64,000 bases of DNA from Spirochaetota bacterium. Its GTDB lineage: Bacteria; Spirochaetota; UBA4802; UBA5550. The DNA lies in NCBI GenBank assembly GCA_963663865.1, contig OY760686.1:864001-928000 (forward strand). Reading direction: 5' to 3'. Below the pieces are notes generated by a model. That model made no database searches. It had not been told where the DNA came from and worked only from the letters and a program-made list of their open reading frames with translations. The translations under genes and the position numbers were made by a program. Positions 61,601 to 64,000 of this stretch are shown piece by piece (within the stretch, counting starts at the first letter, position 1; each line of letters starts with the position of its first letter).

Positions 61601-61875
61601 TGATTGGATGGTCAAAGGGTCTGGCAGTTAAAGAGGAAGAGATTGAAGTCAGAAGCGGAGACAGGATTGTTATGTACACCGACGGCATCATTGAATGCTT
61701 CAGTCAGGACAAGGTGTTGTACGACACATGGAGATTCAATGACTTCATTCTAAGGAACCGAAGACTCGGGTGCGACGACTTCGTGGATGAACTCATATAC
61801 GAGCTTCAGGGATGGGCAGGCGGGAATAACAGCTTCGAGGACGATCTTACAATCGTTGTTATTGACATTGAGTAG
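58690..61875 (+). CDS. 7TM-DISM hybrid sensor: histidine kinase + receiver + SpoIIE/PP2C phosphatase
   Basis: DISM2 (LEDKSG, GFSSSAFW), 7 TM, H-box SHELRTPL, N/G1/G2 boxes, REC (VDDD, MDLMMP, KPF), PP2C (GGDFYD, DVSGHG, YTDG, DDLT). Confidence 0.93.
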   Translation: MFLRTISVLLFMLLQGGFISAACPLHAAAESTHKLSPALIMLEVLEDKSGFLDIDDVLSPAAESEFKLEKTNIPNKGFSSSAFWARFRLENVPDDNYSLIVITFPLLDSVEYYRPVVSGTARPEYVRTAAGRDYPFKSREYNYRAFAFNLGKDTPHDAYHYLRIESEDAVIFPVSLMDGYQFADLRVTENFIFGIYYGILLVMLLYNAFLYLSLRDRNYLNYVLFLCAYGLFLMSMNGISTQYLWPDSGLWIKTANPALISLSIFFAVRFTTGFIKTAENTPGIHAMLILISVISLFSFVLSFFIPYRIAIIAGQILPLCAIFSVIPAAAISWRNGFRPARFYLLAWSMLLLGVILSALRVLGIIGHNVVTEYGLQIGSGIELVLLSLALADRINILNREKAEAQAEAIENLQKADRLKDAFFANTSHELRTPLSGIIGLAESLLEGSGGELSAGAARNLSLIASSGRRLASLVNDILDYSRLKHRDIVLNNRPVDLFSLADVVIELTAPLASQSSLKVENRLPENFAAVWGDEERICQVLINLVGNAIKFSDSGTVAITAEYGEGDGSGMAVVSVSDSGIGIPESMFEDIFQPYEQVDDPNVIRFGGTGIGLAITKKLVELHGGSINVKSSLGVGSTFYFTLPLSGEKAPRAETLKQRPVIAQAYAEEIIEEFGIVESESNNPSSRTEILAVDDDPVNLQLLSDILGLAGFHVRKCVNGKAAIDLIDSGYRPAIVLMDLMMPGMSGYEATRRIREKYKLTEMPVMLITAKGQSSDIVAGLEAGANEYIMKPFDSRILMARVSTLLSLRNSDSEIRRLVSIDQELAIARRIQQSTIPKTLPVVKGIKTAARYVPIEGIGGDFYDIHELEDGSIAVLLTDVSGHGLPSALVASMVKMVFCMQKVIASRPSEFLERMNDILIDNIENSFLTASYIYLNSDRNRMVCSNAGHVPLLLLREGSEEIVSIKPSGRLIGWSKGLAVKEEEIEVRSGDRIVMYTDGIIECFSQDKVLYDTWRFNDFILRNRRLGCDDFVDELIYELQGWAGGNNSFEDDLTIVVIDIE

Positions 61876-61918
61876 GTGTGACGAAGTGGCCTCTTGTCTG
61901 GTTTAACCTGTAACGGCT

Positions 61919-62224
61919 TTAAACATATACAGCCTCTTTTTCAATTCTTGTTTTCAACTGAGAGCTCATCTGAGAACTGAATGGAACTACATCCACGGGT
62001 TTGCAGAAATCATCTTCAAGAAGCTCCTTGATGTGTATAAGAGCAAAGAGATCAGGATGCTTCAGACCAATTACTATATCTATGTCGCTGTCTCCGTCTT
62101 CAGTGCCGGTAACATAAGAACCGAAAAGCCCTATTTCGGAAACGCCGTACTTTTTTTCGAGTTCCGGTTTTACCCGGCGGAGCTCATTTAGAATGAAGTC
62201 TTTGGTAATGTTCCTGTGAACCAT
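61919..62224 (-). CDS. minimal nucleotidyltransferase (MNT/MntA-type antitoxin)
   Basis: LFGSY..G.....SDIDI, VDVV, IEKEAVYV; GAGG SD before ATG 62224. Confidence 0.9.
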   Translation of the reverse strand: MVHRNITKDFILNELRRVKPELEKKYGVSEIGLFGSYVTGTEDGDSDIDIVIGLKHPDLFALIHIKELLEDDFCKPVDVVPFSSQMSSQLKTRIEKEAVYV

Positions 62225-62612
62225 TCCTGCCTCCCGGACTGTTCTCAAGTGAAAATAAACCACACGAATTATAACTGAATTTGTTCTGGCTTTCAAGGAA
62301 AAAAATTCTTTTTAAAAAATTCCCTGTGGATGAAACGCAGCTGTGGCTGAGAGACTTTTTAAATAATTACTTTACTTTTTTATATATTTGTAAGAATAAT
62401 ATCGCCTTTATAAGCCCTGATGTGAGCCTCTGTATTGGAAGATTTGAATGTCTGCGCTTATATCTGATTATCTGTATCATTTATTGGAGTTAAATATGTT
62501 CAAATGGGGCCTGCGCCTTCGATCGCGGGTTTGCCGCTTGAGGAAAATCCAGCTTATTATTTTTGCCAGATGAATATTGTGCAGCAATTGGAGCATGTAA
62601 CAGGGAGGATAA

Positions 62613-63536
62613 ATGCAGATTCCAGGAAGTCTTTTAAACCTTACTGTTAAGGTTATAGCAGAATCTCTTGATATGAATGCACTGGCGGTTGTCGCTGGCC
62701 GAATTGTGCATAACTATGATTTTCACAGGCAGACAGGTTTTTCCGAGAATCTGACTATTCCGAGGCAGGTAGCCGCCAGGCAGTTTGTCAGCGATATAAA
62801 AAAGGCAGGGCTGTTTCTGAAGCTCGTTGAGGTCCTGGTACATCTGCATACTGCGGGGCATATGGGAAGAAGCTATCCGATAAAGGATTTGCGCAGGATT
62901 ATTTCTTCTCTCAGGGAACTTGGAATCATCTACGATAAACAGAACAGTATATTCGTTGAAGACCCATCCCAGAGAAGAACAAAAAACTGGGGTACACTTC
63001 TTGAGGGGGGTGAATACAGTTTTGCTCTGTTAAGGCTTGATATTGTAGGAAATTCACGGCTTGTCAGACAGTACCCGGAAGATGTTATTCAATCAACTTA
63101 TGCTGATTTCAGGGCAATGGTCCAGGATGCCGTGGGCTACAGAAACGGAAGAATCTGGAGCTGGGAAGGTGACGGCGGTCTGGTTGCTTTTTTCTTTTCA
63201 AATAAAAATCTGTACGCTACATTCGCGGGCATGGACATAGTTAACCGCTTATATCTTTACAACATGATGCAGTGCAGGCTTGATGCGCCCCTTGGAGTAA
63301 GGCTTGCTGTTCACGGCGGTATGTTTGAATACACTGACAACGAAGAAGACATAAAGCGTATAGATGTGGTAAAAAAGGTCATAGATATTGAGTCCACATA
63401 TACCCCTCCCAACAGTCTGACTGTGAGCAACACCGTAGCGAACCACTTCTGCAAAAGTATGCTTCAGCAGTTCAGCCCTGTGAAGGGACCGGGCGGAACT
63501 GCCTATTACAATTACAGTCTAAGGTGGGAGCAGTAG
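62613..63536 (+). CDS. class III nucleotide cyclase-like protein with unknown N-terminal domain
   Basis: RLDIVGNS, WEGDGG, RLAVHGG, IDIES; GGGAGG SD. Confidence 0.8.
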   Translation: MQIPGSLLNLTVKVIAESLDMNALAVVAGRIVHNYDFHRQTGFSENLTIPRQVAARQFVSDIKKAGLFLKLVEVLVHLHTAGHMGRSYPIKDLRRIISSLRELGIIYDKQNSIFVEDPSQRRTKNWGTLLEGGEYSFALLRLDIVGNSRLVRQYPEDVIQSTYADFRAMVQDAVGYRNGRIWSWEGDGGLVAFFFSNKNLYATFAGMDIVNRLYLYNMMQCRLDAPLGVRLAVHGGMFEYTDNEEDIKRIDVVKKVIDIESTYTPPNSLTVSNTVANHFCKSMLQQFSPVKGPGGTAYYNYSLRWEQ

Positions 63537-63574
63537 GCCGAACGCCTGATAAAATTCCACAGCGGAGTTAACAA

Positions 63575-64000
63575 ATGGAAGTCATTGTTTTTACCGATAA
63601 CACGTCAGTTAAAAAGTTTTTTTCCGTGCCGGGTAAATCGAAAAACATAAGCCTGAAGATTTTACCTGCTGCCGAATTAAAAGGAGAATCATGCGCCGGG
63701 GGATATGGCTCCTTGATATATTATGATTTATCAGGGCTTACCCCGGCAGGCGTAAAAAGCACGCTGAATCGCTTGAAAAAGTATAACCGTCCTTATGGTA
63801 TTATTGATCCAGGTGGGCTCGTAAATGACCCGGCTGACCTGATAATCTCCGGGGCTTCAGATTATATTGGGAAGCCTCTCCTCAAGGAAGCAGTCAGAGC
63901 CGCCAGGTTTAAGAAAGTGTTGGATTTCAGGTGCTGCACAGTTGACGCGGACGGGCCTCAAAACGCTGCCGAAAAATACAGGTGTCCACTCTCGGGTTCT
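63575..64000 (+). CDS. partial ORF with degenerate receiver-like N-terminus (runs off window)
   Basis: Hand translation MEVIVFTDN...IYYDLS...GIIDP...DPA.LIISGASDYIGK...; open to 64000, GGAG SD; not in ORF track. Confidence 0.7.
   Translation, partial: MEVIVFTDNTSVKKFFSVPGKSKNISLKILPAAELKGESCAGGYGSLIYYDLSGLTPAGVKSTLNRLKKYNRPYGIIDPGGLVNDPADLIISGASDYIGKPLLKEAVRAARFKKVLDFRCCTVDADGPQNAAEKYRCPLSGS

Noticed and set aside
62281-62493. 70-aa ORF as candidate toxin next to the MNT
   Set aside because: Opposite strand, TTG start without SD, low-complexity AT-rich sequence, no HEPN Rx4-6H motif
62500-62545. c-di-GMP-I riboswitch-like start (GGCAAACC on minus strand)
   Set aside because: The GNRA loop, GACGCAAAG junction and P3 elements are absent

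Overview
Chromosomal core-genome segment of a spirochaete, most likely an uncultured relative of Leptospira. The basis is two FlaA endoflagellar sheath genes followed by a ~900-aa GreA, a Leptospira-type RpoA and a LipL45-like lipoprotein; these were recognised from memory, not by database search. 1-8.5 kb is the distal spc/alpha ribosomal operon (rplN to rplQ, including an rpmJ missed by the ORF track). It is followed by envelope and housekeeping genes (truA, ddl, pssA, CIRCE-groES-groEL, serC-serA, amidase, dapF, metF, flaA x2, greA, tRNA-Leu(CAG), gatC, pyrK, ygiQ, lpoB) and several signalling genes. No CRISPR array, transposase, integrase or prophage was seen. The most interesting candidates are: (i) a five-gene operon after groEL headed by a STAS-fused RsbW-like GHKL kinase and a STAS-winged-helix partner, a possible Ser-phosphorylation signalling system; (ii) a DUF1015 ParB/SerK-motif protein divergent from serC-serA with no serB nearby; (iii) intact ORFs that have lost catalytic residues (ADP-ribosylhydrolase, signal peptidase I, histidine kinase, class III cyclase); (iv) an orphan MNT antitoxin, a C-terminally extended L36, an 8-nt-spacer CIRCE and a left-to-right rise in GC content.
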